This document shows positions 1 through 11,887 of a DNA stretch of 64,000 bases, piece after piece. The DNA is taken from positions 7,941,412 through 8,005,411 of the forward strand of contig MU054212.1 in the NCBI GenBank assembly GCA_013239625.1, in the 5' to 3' direction. Under the pieces are notes generated by a model, which was not told where the DNA came from, did not search any database, and saw only the letters and a program-made list of their open reading frames with translations. Positions within the stretch are counted from its first letter, which is position 1. Every line of letters starts with the position of its first letter. The stretch is from Lama guanicoe (Eukaryota). A program made the position numbers and the translations under genes.

Positions 1-3000
1 ATGTATGTGTTAAACATCTACTCTGAGCTCAGAACCACAAGCAGCGGAAGCCAAATAAACAAAAAAGGCAAAGAAACAAAATTAAGAAGCATGGACTCAT
101 GAATCCGCCAAAAAGAACGAAACAGAACAAGAAAACCTCTGTGGCCGCATACCTTGATTAAAGAAATTTGGGGCAAGTTGCCCTCAGCCAAAAATTCCCC
201 CCCGGGTATAATGCACTAATTATCAATTTATTTGGTACCTTCAATTAAAGCTGAAAAGACCCCTCACCTTGCCCTTTTCAGTCATCAAAGTTTGTCAGCT
301 CAGGTAAGTCTATCAGACTGGCTTTCAGCAGAACAAATAGTTTGTTCTCGGACTCAAGCTCGCTGTCTTCTCTGTTTTTCTGCTCGGCGCACATCTCCTC
401 CGCTTTGTGTGGCACTTACTTGTGGACGTGTCCGTGTCAGTCACTCACAGGAACTCCTCCTGACAGACAGACCCTACCTCCCTCTTCAAACCCATTCACC
501 TGAGATGCTGAATTCACGTGGCTTTAAAAGCCTCAGGGCACAGGAGAGGTCGGTTTGAACGGAAGGAAAGTGACTGGAAAACTCTGTCAGAGCATAGGAG
601 GCTGCCTAAGAAGATGAAGAAGGTCGTGTGGAGAAAGCAGAGTGAGGAGGGACCGGAAATCAAAGGGAGGCAAATGGAGGTCCTCAACAAACACTTGCTG
701 AATGGTTCCAAGGCAGACAGCCCCCCAGAATGCTGAGCGCAGTCAGCATGTGCGTAGTTGGAATGGCGCCTAGAACATGATTTTGCAATGCACACAATGA
801 GTTGCAAGAAAACAGATTTCAAAAATTCAGGGAAATGGCATGAGTGGCCGCACCCTCAGGCCATGGTGGATCCAGGTTCTGTTATCACTCGCATCTCCCT
901 TCTTCATGGTCTTCAGCATCTTTAAGATGTCCACAACGTGGGTCACCATCCTGGAAATTCTCCCTTATGTCACCACCGGGGTCCGGTTTCCTGCTGTTTC
1001 TGACCACCTTACTTCTCTTTTTCTGTCTCTTGGTAGCTTCCAAACCCCCTGGAAGCCAGATTTTAACCAAAGTTTTATTCCTGAGCGATTTTCTCCCTTT
1101 ACAATTTGACTTTTTCTCAAGGCTTCACCGTTACAGTTGTGGCTCTCAAGTGTTCAAGGAGTCCTTCAAAGCCACTTCCCGTGGTCTCGTGAACCAGCTG
1201 ATTCAGGATCTTTGGCATGTTAAGTCAGTGTCCCTTCCAGACTTGCCTCCTCGCTGTCAAAGCTTGTGCTGAGAAAGCAGCTTGAGGTGGACCCAGCATT
1301 AGCCCCACCGACTGCCGTCATAACACAGCCAGTGTCCAGCCAAGCCTGCTGCCTTCCAGTATTTCCACAGAAGACATGCAGCTACTCTCAAGGCCGACTA
1401 TGAATGTACAGACTTTCAAGAAGAGACCACACATGTAAAACTGAATTAAGATCATGATTTCTTGGGCCAGAGACAAAGAAACTTATTTTAAACAAGATGA
1501 ATAAGTCGAGCAAGAGCCTGCGTGGCCCATCTCAGCTCAGCATTTTTTTTTTTTTTTTTGGTCCCAGAACTCATTAGGGATTCCGTAGTGGCTACTTAAG
1601 GTTGTCCATACGGGCAGTGCACTGCTGTATCTGGAAAGCTAAACTTCATTGCTCTCCACTTCCCTTTTTATGTTCAGGGGTTTTATCCTCTTCCAGGAAG
1701 AACTTTCACAAATAGGAAATATCAACAGACCTCCAGTCCCTGTCCTGGTGCTTGAACAGAGCAGAGGGTCAGTTCAGTCCACACGGTCAACGAGCAGAGG
1801 AGAGCAGTCAGTGCGCTCCTGACCCTAACCATCATTTCTACGTCCCTCTTTACTGCATCCCGGAGAAGTACATCTTGGCCAAATGCCCCCTAGGACCTCT
1901 AGAAGAGGGAGGAGCAGAGAATTCACGCTTTCTGTTCTCAGAGAATGAGGTCCGGCTGAAACTGAGAAAAGTTAATTGTATGCTGCATCACAGTTCTTTT
2001 AGACCTGGGGCTTAAACCATTACTGTCAAAGTCTTACACAAATTATCTGTGGTCCCTAAAATCTTCTTTTAAAGGGTTATTTACAGATGTTGAGACTCTC
2101 CTGATGATTGAGCCAAACTCAGCATCATTCAAACTGCATCCTCATCGGGCGGAAAAGGTGGATTTAGCATTCGTGTGTTTCTGATGGTCTCTGTGTCTCT
2201 GGTAATCAGGCACCCTGGAGAGCTCATTTCCCACATGGCCTCTCAGGTTGGCAGAGGACATGAAACTGAGAAGGTCCTTTGAAATGCCAGTGACAAGATC
2301 CAAATTGTTTAAAATACCAGGAAGCTTAGAGGCATGATCTAAAAAGTAAAAGAAACTAACCAAATTAAAAAATCCTACTTTTAGCATCCCAGTAGGCATT
2401 TAAATGGAAAATAGAAAAGGTTTGACTTAATATAAGTGCATCTAGTTTTTAAAACCAGCTTTATAATGAACTACAAGCTTACTAAGAATCAGGAGAATGA
2501 GCCAGCTCTGGAAAAAATTGCATCAGTAAGTGTCCTTATCAATGGTGGTTAAAATTACTTTCTCTGCGTTCTATACAGGTGAGGCCATAGCTGTGGCTTT
2601 TGGGCTAATTTTGTGTATCACATTTCAAGCAGATAATAGCCAGCCATAGACCAGGATCTCTCAAAACCCTGTCTGATGATAAGAATAGTAGTCGTAGCAA
2701 CGTCCATGGACTAAAGCCCACTGTGTGCATGCTCTGTGGTAGACATTGTCCTTGAAATGGCTTTGGAGTTGGACGTCTTCAGCCTAACAAAGTCAAAGAG
2801 AAGTGACCTTCTCATTGGACATTAAACTCCGTGATGGCAGGGACCTTGGTGCTTAATCTTTGGATAGTGATGAAGATGCTAATAATGATCCCAACAGCTG
2901 CTCCCCAATCTTTAAGAAACAAATTATCAACTGGCAGGGAAAAAAGATTATGTGGCTCCAGAAGGGAAACCAGATCCAATGGATTGAAGTTGCAGGGAAG

Positions 3001-3003
3001 CAA

Positions 3004-3122
3004 TTTTTTTTCAGGGGGGCAATTAGGTTTATTTATTTATTTTAGTGGAGGTACTGGGGATTGAACCCAGGACCTCATGCATGCTAAGCATGCGCTCTAC
3101 CACTGAGCTGTACCTGCCCCCA
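3004..3122 (-). mobile_element. tRNA-Ala-derived camelid SINE (Vic-1-type)
   Basis: reverse complement of the tRNA-like head (A/B boxes) plus aacctaatt tail; TSD agggaagcaa at 2994-3003 and 3123-3132. Confidence 0.85.
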
Positions 3123-3305
3123 AGGGAAGCAAATTAAAGCCCAGAGATATAAAAGAAATTTCTATCACTTAGTGTTCCGCAAAAATGGCCCCGGAAACCT
3201 TTGAAGGAGGCCCACCTGCTATTAAGTGCTCACTGGGTACCAGCTACAGAGGTTACCAGCTGATGAGATTGGTACGGTTATCCGCATTTTACACATAAAG
3301 GAATC

Positions 3306-3450
3306 GGGGGAGGGCACAGCTCAGTGGTAGAGCGCATGCTCAGCATGCACGGGGTTGTGGGTTCGATCCCCAATCCCTCCATTAAATAAATAATGATGAT
3401 TAATAAATACAGAAACCTAATTACCTCCCCTCCACCACCGCAAAATAAAA
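3306..3450 (+). mobile_element. Vic-1-type SINE
   Basis: agctcagtggtagagcgcatgct...ggttcgatcccc head; aaacctaattacctcccc tail; A-rich end. Confidence 0.85.
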
Positions 3451-4532
3451 AGACATCAGACCCAAAGTAAAAACTTGTCAGAGTTCTCACAACTACGAGG
3501 TGAAAGGTTAATGTTTACTGACTTGAAAGCTCGTGTATTTTCCCTAAGTTATAATCATCCCTGTGAATGGAAATAATCTCACAGGATGGCCGTTGACTAA
3601 ATGTCCACCTGTTAAGAACGTGTTGAGGCAAATTCCTGCATTGGGTGAGGTCCTACCTCTTTGATCCTTCAAGTGCTCGGTATCAATGAACCTGTTTGTC
3701 AAGTAATAAACTCTCATAAGAATGAATGTTTAATGATCTGCCTCATAAAACCATAAAGTAATAGGAGTATTGAAAGTATTTTTAAATAAATCTAAAGAGA
3801 TTAGCTTGAGTTGAGAGATTGATAGATGCACTCAGTGAGGGACACTTGCTAACTGATCTTGGGTTTCACTAGGAAAGCACTTAACTGGCCTCCTAATGTT
3901 ACTATATCAAGGCCTGTTCATGTACTTGCTACCCTGATTCTATTCTGAAGCATCTCTGCAGCGCCTTTCCTGGTAAAGAGAAAGTTTGATACATGTCAAA
4001 ATACAGCTATGTGCCTTCCTGTCTGTTGGGAATCATAAACACGGGCTTGAAGAAAGCCAAATATTTAGAAGCAGAGAAGAACAGACATTTGCTGAAAGCT
4101 TATTACGTTCCAGACACAGTCTAGAGGTGAGCCCGTTCAGAGGAGGGGGCGAGCATCACCAGGACATCGGGTGTGGATGTGACAAGCGGCCCACCGGGGA
4201 GGGGCTGCGAGGCCTGAGTCTGGCAGAGGTTCCAGGGCAGAGAGCGGTGCGGAGTATTGTAGGGGAGGTGGGAGGGCAAGAGCCTGCGGAGGGCTCGGAT
4301 TCTGAGCGGAACATTCAGACCTGATGCCGTGGGCGGCAAAAGCCACGCTGGATTCAAGAGTAGATGAGTGGATTGAGGAAAGTAGTCAAGAATATGCGGA
4401 ACGTGTTCCTCCATGTGAGGAGGGGGAGGCCACAGCGTCAGAAAGAACAGTGGTTCTTTTTAGAAAGGACTCTCCTCTGAGGGTGACTGGAAGCTTTGCA
4501 GGATAGACACGAGTCGTAATAATGAGCACTTA

Positions 4533-5013
4533 TGTTCCCAGCCAGGGTTCTTGGTCTCCTTAATCAATAGAAATTGATAAGAGGCCAGATGAGAAATTCA
4601 GGCAAGGCTTTTCTGGGACTTGCGCTGCAGCAGGAGGGAGCGAAAACAAGTAACAGGTGCCCCGCTCCCTCTCTAAGTGGAGGGGCGAACTGGTCCCTTA
4701 AATAGGGTGGGGGTAGGGACAGGTCCAGGGGTCGGGCTGGAGGGGTGGCTTAGGTGGTCAGCCCACCGCCTTGCTGGTCCTGTGGTCCTGTGTGCAGGGG
4801 TCACGTACAGTCCCTGCTTCTGCTCCTGACATCTCGAAAGTGGCAGTTGGGTTTTTGGTTATTTTGTATCTTGTTGTTCATAACTCACCTGACTGCAGGA
4901 GCCACAGTTATTTTCAGTCCCTTATAGTAGTTTCTTTGTATTTTGTTGTTCAAGGAGACATCTGTCCCAGCGCAGGCATTGCAGCCCAGGGTCCCAGGAC
5001 CCAGCCTGGCTCA
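4533..5013 (-). mobile_element. solo LTR (ERV1-like) inserted into a MIR
   Basis: TG...CA termini, near-match 4-bp TSD ctta/cttc, minus-strand TATA-like site near 4700; MIR sequence resumes on both sides. Confidence 0.65.
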
Positions 5014-5210
5014 CTTCTATAGCACTGACTGTGTGCCAGGCAGTGTTCCCAGCATGTTAGGTTATAGTCACTCATTTATCCTGACAACAACCCTGTGAAA
5101 TAAGCAGTAGTATTATCATCAGACCCATCTTCCAGATGAAAAAACTGAGGCTTCTAAAAGCAACTGGCCTAAGATCACTAAGAAAAGATGCCCAGCATTC
5201 AACCTGCATG
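5014..5210 (-). mobile_element. MIR fragment
   Basis: tgtgtgccaggcagtg...cccatcttccagatgaaaaaactgagg MIR core. Confidence 0.7.
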
Positions 5211-5588
5211 CACCTCACAGCCATGGTCTAATGACCCATCAGAGTGCATTTAAAATGATGATTTGGTGAGATTACTATCTGGTTTCATCTAGCTGTTGAA
5301 GTCACAGCTGGAGCCGACTGTTCTCAGAAGTGGCAGACACCACAGGGCTGAGTTGGTGTCCCTTGGCCAGTAAACATAGCTGACAACCTGGCGTCCCGTG
5401 TTGGCTCCACGTGCTCTCTTCCCCCAGGGCCTGAGGAGGACGGGACAGACCTTCTCAAGTCTTCCTGTTAAACTTCTATCCTAATAAAAATAAAAATTAA
5501 ATCGTGTAGGTTAAATCCATGGCTGTTTTATGTATACACATTATCACACGCACGGCATACCATATGTGTGCGTTTTTCTTCCCCTCAG

Positions 5589-5669
5589 GGGCTCAAGATC
5601 TGGATCGTATCCGACTCTCCACCTACAGAACAGCATGCAAGCTTAGGTTTGTTCAGAAGAAATGCAATT
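5589..5669 (+). CDS. DTNA: alpha-dystrobrevin internal coding exon (81 nt; (R)[26 protein letters not shown](L)), start of EF-hand region
   Basis: cccctcag|GGGCTCAAGAT...TGCAATT|gtaagt; peptide matches the dystrobrevin N-terminal region; phase 1-1. Confidence 0.97.
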
Positions 5670-7194
5670 GTAAGTATACCATTTGTCTGGACTAATCACC
5701 TTCATGAATCCTATAGTTTACATTTGTTGCTTTGTTTATGAAAAGTAGGCTCTCTTGCAAGTATAGATAAAAACATGTTTACACAACAATAAAAGGAGTA
5801 CTGTGGTACACAAATGGTAGAAAGGCTGTTCCTAAGTCATCTGGAGGCTTAATTACTCCACTGCCGAAGTATTGGAATAGATGAGCCATAGTGTATAAAA
5901 TCCTGCCCTTGGAATAGTTTAAATCTGCATGGATGTTTTTCTTCCATTTGCTAGCTTTGGTATTGTAAACGCAGCGCCATCGAAGTGGTTTCCAAAAACT
6001 TTATAAAATATCAAACATTAAGTCCTCTTTATATTTATATTTCCTTTACAAATACAGGAAAATGTTTATAAGTTCCTGGGAAACATCTAAGTTTCTTTCA
6101 GAAACTACAAAAATTAGCCCTTTGTATTAGAGGATTAACTACTTTTGCCTCCATCAGACAATGGCAAGAGAAGAGACAAGACTTAAAGGAACAGAGAAAC
6201 TGGCTTCAGCTCTTCCCCTGATTTTTTCATGTAAGCAGCAAGCTAGGTCCAGGGTCAAGACTCACAGTGAGCAGGTTCCCATTCCCTGCCTGTCGGTCAG
6301 TGCTTCCATCACATTATCGCATCCCTTTTCTCCTGGGGAAAAAAAAATATTGCTTCAGACTTCATGTATACGAACTTACCCTTTTCTTTTGTGAAAACTG
6401 ACTGCTATAAAAAATTACTAACTTTGTTCTCATTTTCTAATTAGTATTGGACGAATGAAAACATGAAAACCAGAATATTCTCTTGAATACATAGACACGG
6501 TTCTTGACTCTGTGGCACGGGGATTGGACACATGTCCACATCTCCACCCTCCCAGAGTCTCCGGCAGATGCTTCCAGGGGCCCTGAGCAGACTGCCCCTC
6601 CCCCAACCCTTCCCGCGCCCTTCCCCCACCCCCGACCCCAGGGCTCCTTGGTTTGCAGCTGACAACAACTATGAGGAAGGGCAGGGTGCATCTACTCCTC
6701 AAGCTGCAGCTTATTCTCCAGGCCCAGTGGCTAGAAATGGGGCTAAAATTTGGGGCAGGACAAGAAGGGAGAAAAAACATGGGTTGGTCAGATATCAAAG
6801 ATGGGCTTTGACTCCTCATAGGATCTAAACCAAACCCTCCAAAACAATGAGAAAAACTCTACTAATGTGGGAAAGAATCTGTCCTTGTCCTCAGAGTCCT
6901 GGGCATTGATAAATCATAAAAGCCCCTTCCAGGACTAGGTTAAAGGACCAGGAAAATGTTCCCACGGAAGAAAAGCTTCCCCTCCCCCCTCCCCCCCATC
7001 ACCATGTTCAAACAAAGGGGAGAATCTCCGTGTTTTCAGCAATAAAAAAAGTGCTGGGATCCTCCCACTTTCTTTCCCCATTACCACTCCAGTGGCCCTC
7101 AAAATAGAGGCTGGGGGAGAGGCATTAGGGATGGGAGTGCCATCCCCTTAAAACCTGGCCACCAGAGCCCTCCTTAGGCTGCTTTCAGTAGGGA

Positions 7195-7395
7195 TGGGGA
7201 ATTTTGCAGATACACACTACTGTATGTAAAATGAACAACAAGGTTCTGCTGCATAGCACAGGGAGCTGTATCCAATAGCTGGCATGGGAAAGAGCACGGA
7301 AAGGAACATATGCACGTATACTGACTCACTATGCTGTACACCAGAAATTAACACAGCATCATAAACTGACTACCCCCCAATAAAAAAAGAAATGT
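7195..7395 (+). mobile_element. L1 3' UTR fragment (artiodactyl-type)
   Basis: tagcacaggg...gactcactatgctgtacaccagaaattaacac...aataaaaaa. Confidence 0.75.
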
Positions 7396-7400
7396 AAAGG

Positions 7401-7545
7401 AGGGGAGGGTAACAGCTCAGCGGTAGAGTGCATGCTCAGCACGCACGAGGTCCTGGGTTCAATCCTCAGCACCTCCATTTAAAAATAAATAAATAAACAA
7501 ATAAACCTAATACCCCCCCCCAAAAAAAAGGAAATGAAAAAAAAA
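7401..7545 (+). mobile_element. Vic-1-type SINE inserted at the L1 tail
   Basis: tRNA-like head, aaataaacctaatacccccc tail, poly(A). Confidence 0.85.
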
Positions 7546-7589
7546 GACATTACAGAATGGCAAGGATGAACCCAAAAATAAATAATAAG

Positions 7590-7660
7590 GAAAATAAAGG
7601 AAAGAAGGAAGGAAGGGAGGGAGGGAGGGAGGAAGGGGAAAGGAAAAGAAAGGAAAAAAG
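7590..7660 (+). repeat. purine-rich (GGAA/GGGA)n simple repeat
   Basis: ggaaagaaggaaggaagggagggagggaggga... Confidence 0.8.
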
Positions 7661-8427
7661 ACCCACGTTGATTTGGCAACTGGCAGCCAAAGTTACAAAA
7701 GGCACACACTGTTAGCCACATCCCCTTCCTCCTACTCTCTGCCCAAGGCCCTCTCTCATTCTTGAGCGCCTCCTTTTCCTTTTCCTGTTCTTTTCTGGCC
7801 CTCGTCCTTATCCTACATCCAGAATCATGTCAGAGTCTCATTGACCCTATTGGAAAACAGTGGGGAAGACAGTGACTTTCTTGGAAAGCAGTATTGATCC
7901 ATCCCTGGGTGAGAATAGAACCTTCACACCTGTCCAGTTGCCCCTCGAGACATCCGTTCATTTATCCCTTAATTTAGCAAGTGAATAGTGAGCTCCTGCT
8001 ATAGGTCTGGTTCTGCGCTGGGTACCAAGGATAGAGCAATAATAGTGAATAAGATGTGATCCCTGCCTTCAAGTTGACCAACGCCTAATTGGGTAGAAAG
8101 AGTCCTAAAGAGCCGTATCGAACAGTGTGGAGGTGTAATGACAGAAGTAAGGGAAGTGGGGGGTGGTGGTGGCCAGGAGGGCAGTGCCTTGACCTGGGTA
8201 TGGGGGCTGCTATCAGGAGCTTCCTGGAGAGGGAGATATCTGGGCTGAATCTTAAAGAATGAGTAGACATTACACAGAGAAGTGTTGTTTGCTATACAAT
8301 GTACGTTATAAACATCATACATTTTAGAAAAAGGTATCACATTCGTTACAAACTAGACAAAACTAGGGCTCAAGGCAGGAAAAAGAGGCGTATTTTGAAA
8401 GCTCTGCTAAAATTAAGTTTCATTTTA

Positions 8428-8515
8428 GGGGAGGGAAATAGCTCAGTGGTAGAGCTCATGCTTAGCATGCATAAGGTCCTGGGTTCAATCCCCAGTACCG
8501 CCGTTAAAAAAAAAA
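8428..8515 (+). mobile_element. short Vic-1-type SINE (tRNA head plus poly(A) only)
   Basis: perfect 13-bp TSD aagtttcatttta at 8415-8427 and 8516-8528. Confidence 0.9.
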
Positions 8516-11041
8516 AAGTTTCATTTTAAAACTGTATCTACTTTGATCAGAAGCCTTCAATGCAAGTAACTCTATGTAATTTGGTGAGTTTTCCTTACTG
8601 ACAAAAAAATAATGTGACAGTTGTGATGTTGAGATACTTGCAAAATGTTCCCACAATTGACCCTGGTTCATCTTAATCAAAGTTGAAGTCTTCCTTTTAG
8701 GAAGATAACCAGAAGCACTGGTGTTTGTGACATAACATTAATCAGTATTGAGTATGCACCCCTGTATTAGAGGGGGCAATTTTTGTCTGCAATAAAACCT
8801 AACCCACAATAAGTTATGATAGTGGAGTTTTACTCCACAATCAAAGAAATAAGAAAAAACCCAGGTGGTGTTTGTGAGTGGGCTGCTTTTTTGGAAACTC
8901 CTGTTACGTACTATTTACTTCATGGAAATCAGCGGACCTTAACTGAGAACAGGTTGTTCATTTTTAGGTTCAGACCTTATTTACAGGTAAAATTTATTTT
9001 TTATATTAACAAAAGCTTAAAAACCACATAATGGAAGAAAAAACATAAAAGCTGGTACTTGTAAACTTATCACCTAGGAAAAAATAAATGTTGGCTGGAT
9101 ATAGCATGGAGTGTGTAGATTTTCAGGAGATTTCTTTTTTTGTCTAAATTCAAGGACCAATAGTGTTAGTTAATATTTCCTGTATTTCCTTCCCCACCCG
9201 CCTTGCCTTCCTCGGTTTCTAGACCATTGATTTCTACCACTGACAATTCATATTCATTCCTTGCAAGGCAGCTCCTAATGGATGCTGAGAATAACTCTTT
9301 CCCAGTGCTCTAAAAGCTCTTAAGAAGAAGCCAGAAAACTGTGGCCTGTTAACTGAATGTAGCCCAGAATCTATCTTGAATAGACTGTGAACTAAGAGTA
9401 GTTTCCACAGATGAGTACTTGTATCCTTTTTGATAATGGGGAACAGTAACTTGTAACCCCACTTAAGCAAAACATTATCTCTCCCTAAATAATTCCTTTC
9501 TTCTCATTGGTCGATGTGCTTCAAAAAAAAAAAAAGGTTGCAATTATTATATGTTTAACTTCGTAAGTAAAAATGTTGTGGAAAGTTGTTTTCTCTACCT
9601 AATATCTATATAATATTACTATATAACGTGGTGATACCTGTAGGTATATGAAAAACATTTCCCAGCCTCTGCTAGAAGAGTTGAAGAAGTCTATCTCTTT
9701 TTTTTTTCTTTTTTTAGGCAAGAAATTCTTCCTTCAACTTTTCTCCATAGGATCTTTTTCCAAATCAGCTTCTTCCCCTTACACCCATCTTTGTACCCGC
9801 CGACACCCTCCCTCCCCATGCCACGACTAGCACATTCTCTACTAGAATAAAGGAACGAATGTCTCTAAAAATTAGGGCACGACACGTTGGCTAGTTTATT
9901 TTCTAGGAGGAATGGGACAGACCGGAGAGTATGAATAATATTTCCAATACCCCTTCTTAATCATCAGCCTTCCCGTTAGCTTCCAGGAGCCCTGGTAACT
10001 TTGCACAAAATAAGTACCCTATAAACCGTTCATAAGCATGTGTGGAAATGGCAACATCTCAGCCTTTATTTTGAACAAATAGCCGTTTCCTATTAGAACA
10101 TTATTTCCTCGGTCAGCATTGACATGGTTAATGACCCAGATACCCCGTTATGTCAGCAGATCCTTTTTTCAGAAATCACTTTGGAGTCAGTGAAACGCAA
10201 CCTTAAGTTCATCAACAACAAAAGGCGACAAGAAATAAATCAGAAACCTCGAATCCCTGCTGTTTAATGTGGGAACAAAAAAATAAGGAGCCAAGGCGAT
10301 CCTCTCCCCCACACCCACCGCTGGCATTACACCATCTTTAGATCTTCTGGTTACAGTCTGAATTTTCTTTCTATCACTCATATTGATTAAAATTGCATTT
10401 AAAAGAAAAAGAGGACAAAAGGTCTACGTGTGCATCTGTAGTTTCAGAGTTTTTCCAACTATCTTTCCTCTAGTAAATGAAACATTTTTTTTCAAGTATC
10501 CTTCACCCAGGTACAATTTCAAGTTAGACTACACACTTTTGTCTGTAATATCTCTAAACTTTTTTCAGTTGTCAACATTTATTTAAATGACGGTAACTTG
10601 ACATTATTTAGGATAAAGTGAATAATTTAAAATCTGCAATTTAAGAGTAATCATTATATGTTACTTTTCTTCCCAGGTGAACATTTTAATACTTATCATT
10701 TGATTACCCAGTGTGGTAGAATCTTCTTACAAGATTTCTTGCAAACCAAAAAGTAAATAAATAAATACAGTTATCTTTTTCCTTGAATGTTTATCACTAT
10801 GCAATTAACCCAAGTGAGGGCTATCTGTGCAGTAGGTCCTGAATAAATATTCTTCTCTGAATGACTGACTGTGCCCCCATGAGGTTCATTCTTCCCCAGC
10901 CAAGTGACTAGTCTTATGCTGCCGGAGTTGCCTTCAGATATTTTTTAGTAACAAATGCTAATATCCCGTTCATTTTTTTTTTCAAGCCAGTGTATCAGCA
11001 TATTCCTCATCTCTGCCTCACTTTTTAAGCCTGTGGATTTC

Positions 11042-11887
11042 TGGGTCAGTTTTCTCTCTTTGCAGAGCAAATGACCATACTTTGCAGCTGAGAACAACAC
11101 GCGTTTATCATCGCACTGTTTCTCTAGGCAAAAATCCAACCAGCATGGCTGGATTCTCAGCTCAGGGTCTCAGGGGCTGACATCTAAGTGCTGGCTGGGT
11201 CTGTGGTTCTCATCCAGGGCTCCAGGTCCTCTTCCAAGTGAACTGGCAGTTGGCAGAATTCGTTTCCTTATGGTTGAAGAACTGAGGTCCTCATTTTTTA
11301 CTGACAGTCAGCTGGGGACACCGCTCAGTTCCTAGAGGTGACTCAAGTTTCTTGCCACGTGGCTCCCCACAAGCTGTTCAGAGCTCAGATGTCTGCTTCT
11401 TTCTTGTATTTCTCTGACTCTCTCCTCTGTGAGCAATCAGGAAAAAAAAAAAAACTTATCTGCTTTAAAAAAAAAATTTATTGACATATAATTGATTTAC
11501 AATGTTAGTTTTAGGTGTACAACAGTGATTCAGTTACACGTATATATACATATATATACTTTTTCTTTTAAGATTCTCTTCCATTATTTGTTATTACAAG
11601 AAATCAAATAGCGTTCCCTGTGCTATACAATAGGTCCTTGTTGTTTGTTTTATATGTAGTAATGTGTGTTTGTAATCCCCAACCCACATGATTAGGTCAG
11701 GCCCACCCAGATAATCACCATATGTTAAGGCCAACTGATTGGGAAACTCATTACATCTGCAGAATTCCTCACGGTAGTACCTGGATTAGTGTTTGACTGA
11801 ATACCTGGGACAAGGTGTGTGCAGTCCATGGGCCAGGAACCTTGGGGTGGGGCGAGGTCGGGCATCCTCAGATTCTGCCTACCCCAG
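11042..11887 (-). mobile_element. MaLR (MLT1-like) LTR interrupted by an L1 3' end
   Basis: gttggcagaattcgtttcctt, attaggtcaggcccacccagataat and ttctgcctacc motifs typical of MLT1. Confidence 0.7.
11476..11684 (-). mobile_element. L1 3' UTR fragment
   Basis: ttttattg..atataattgatttacaatgttagt...ccctgtgctatac. Confidence 0.8.

Noticed and set aside
8428..8505. tRNA-Ala-like gene (and similar heads at 3306, 7401, 58501)
   Set aside because: Poly(A) tails, a TSD and imperfect acceptor stems mark these as SINEs, not tRNA genes
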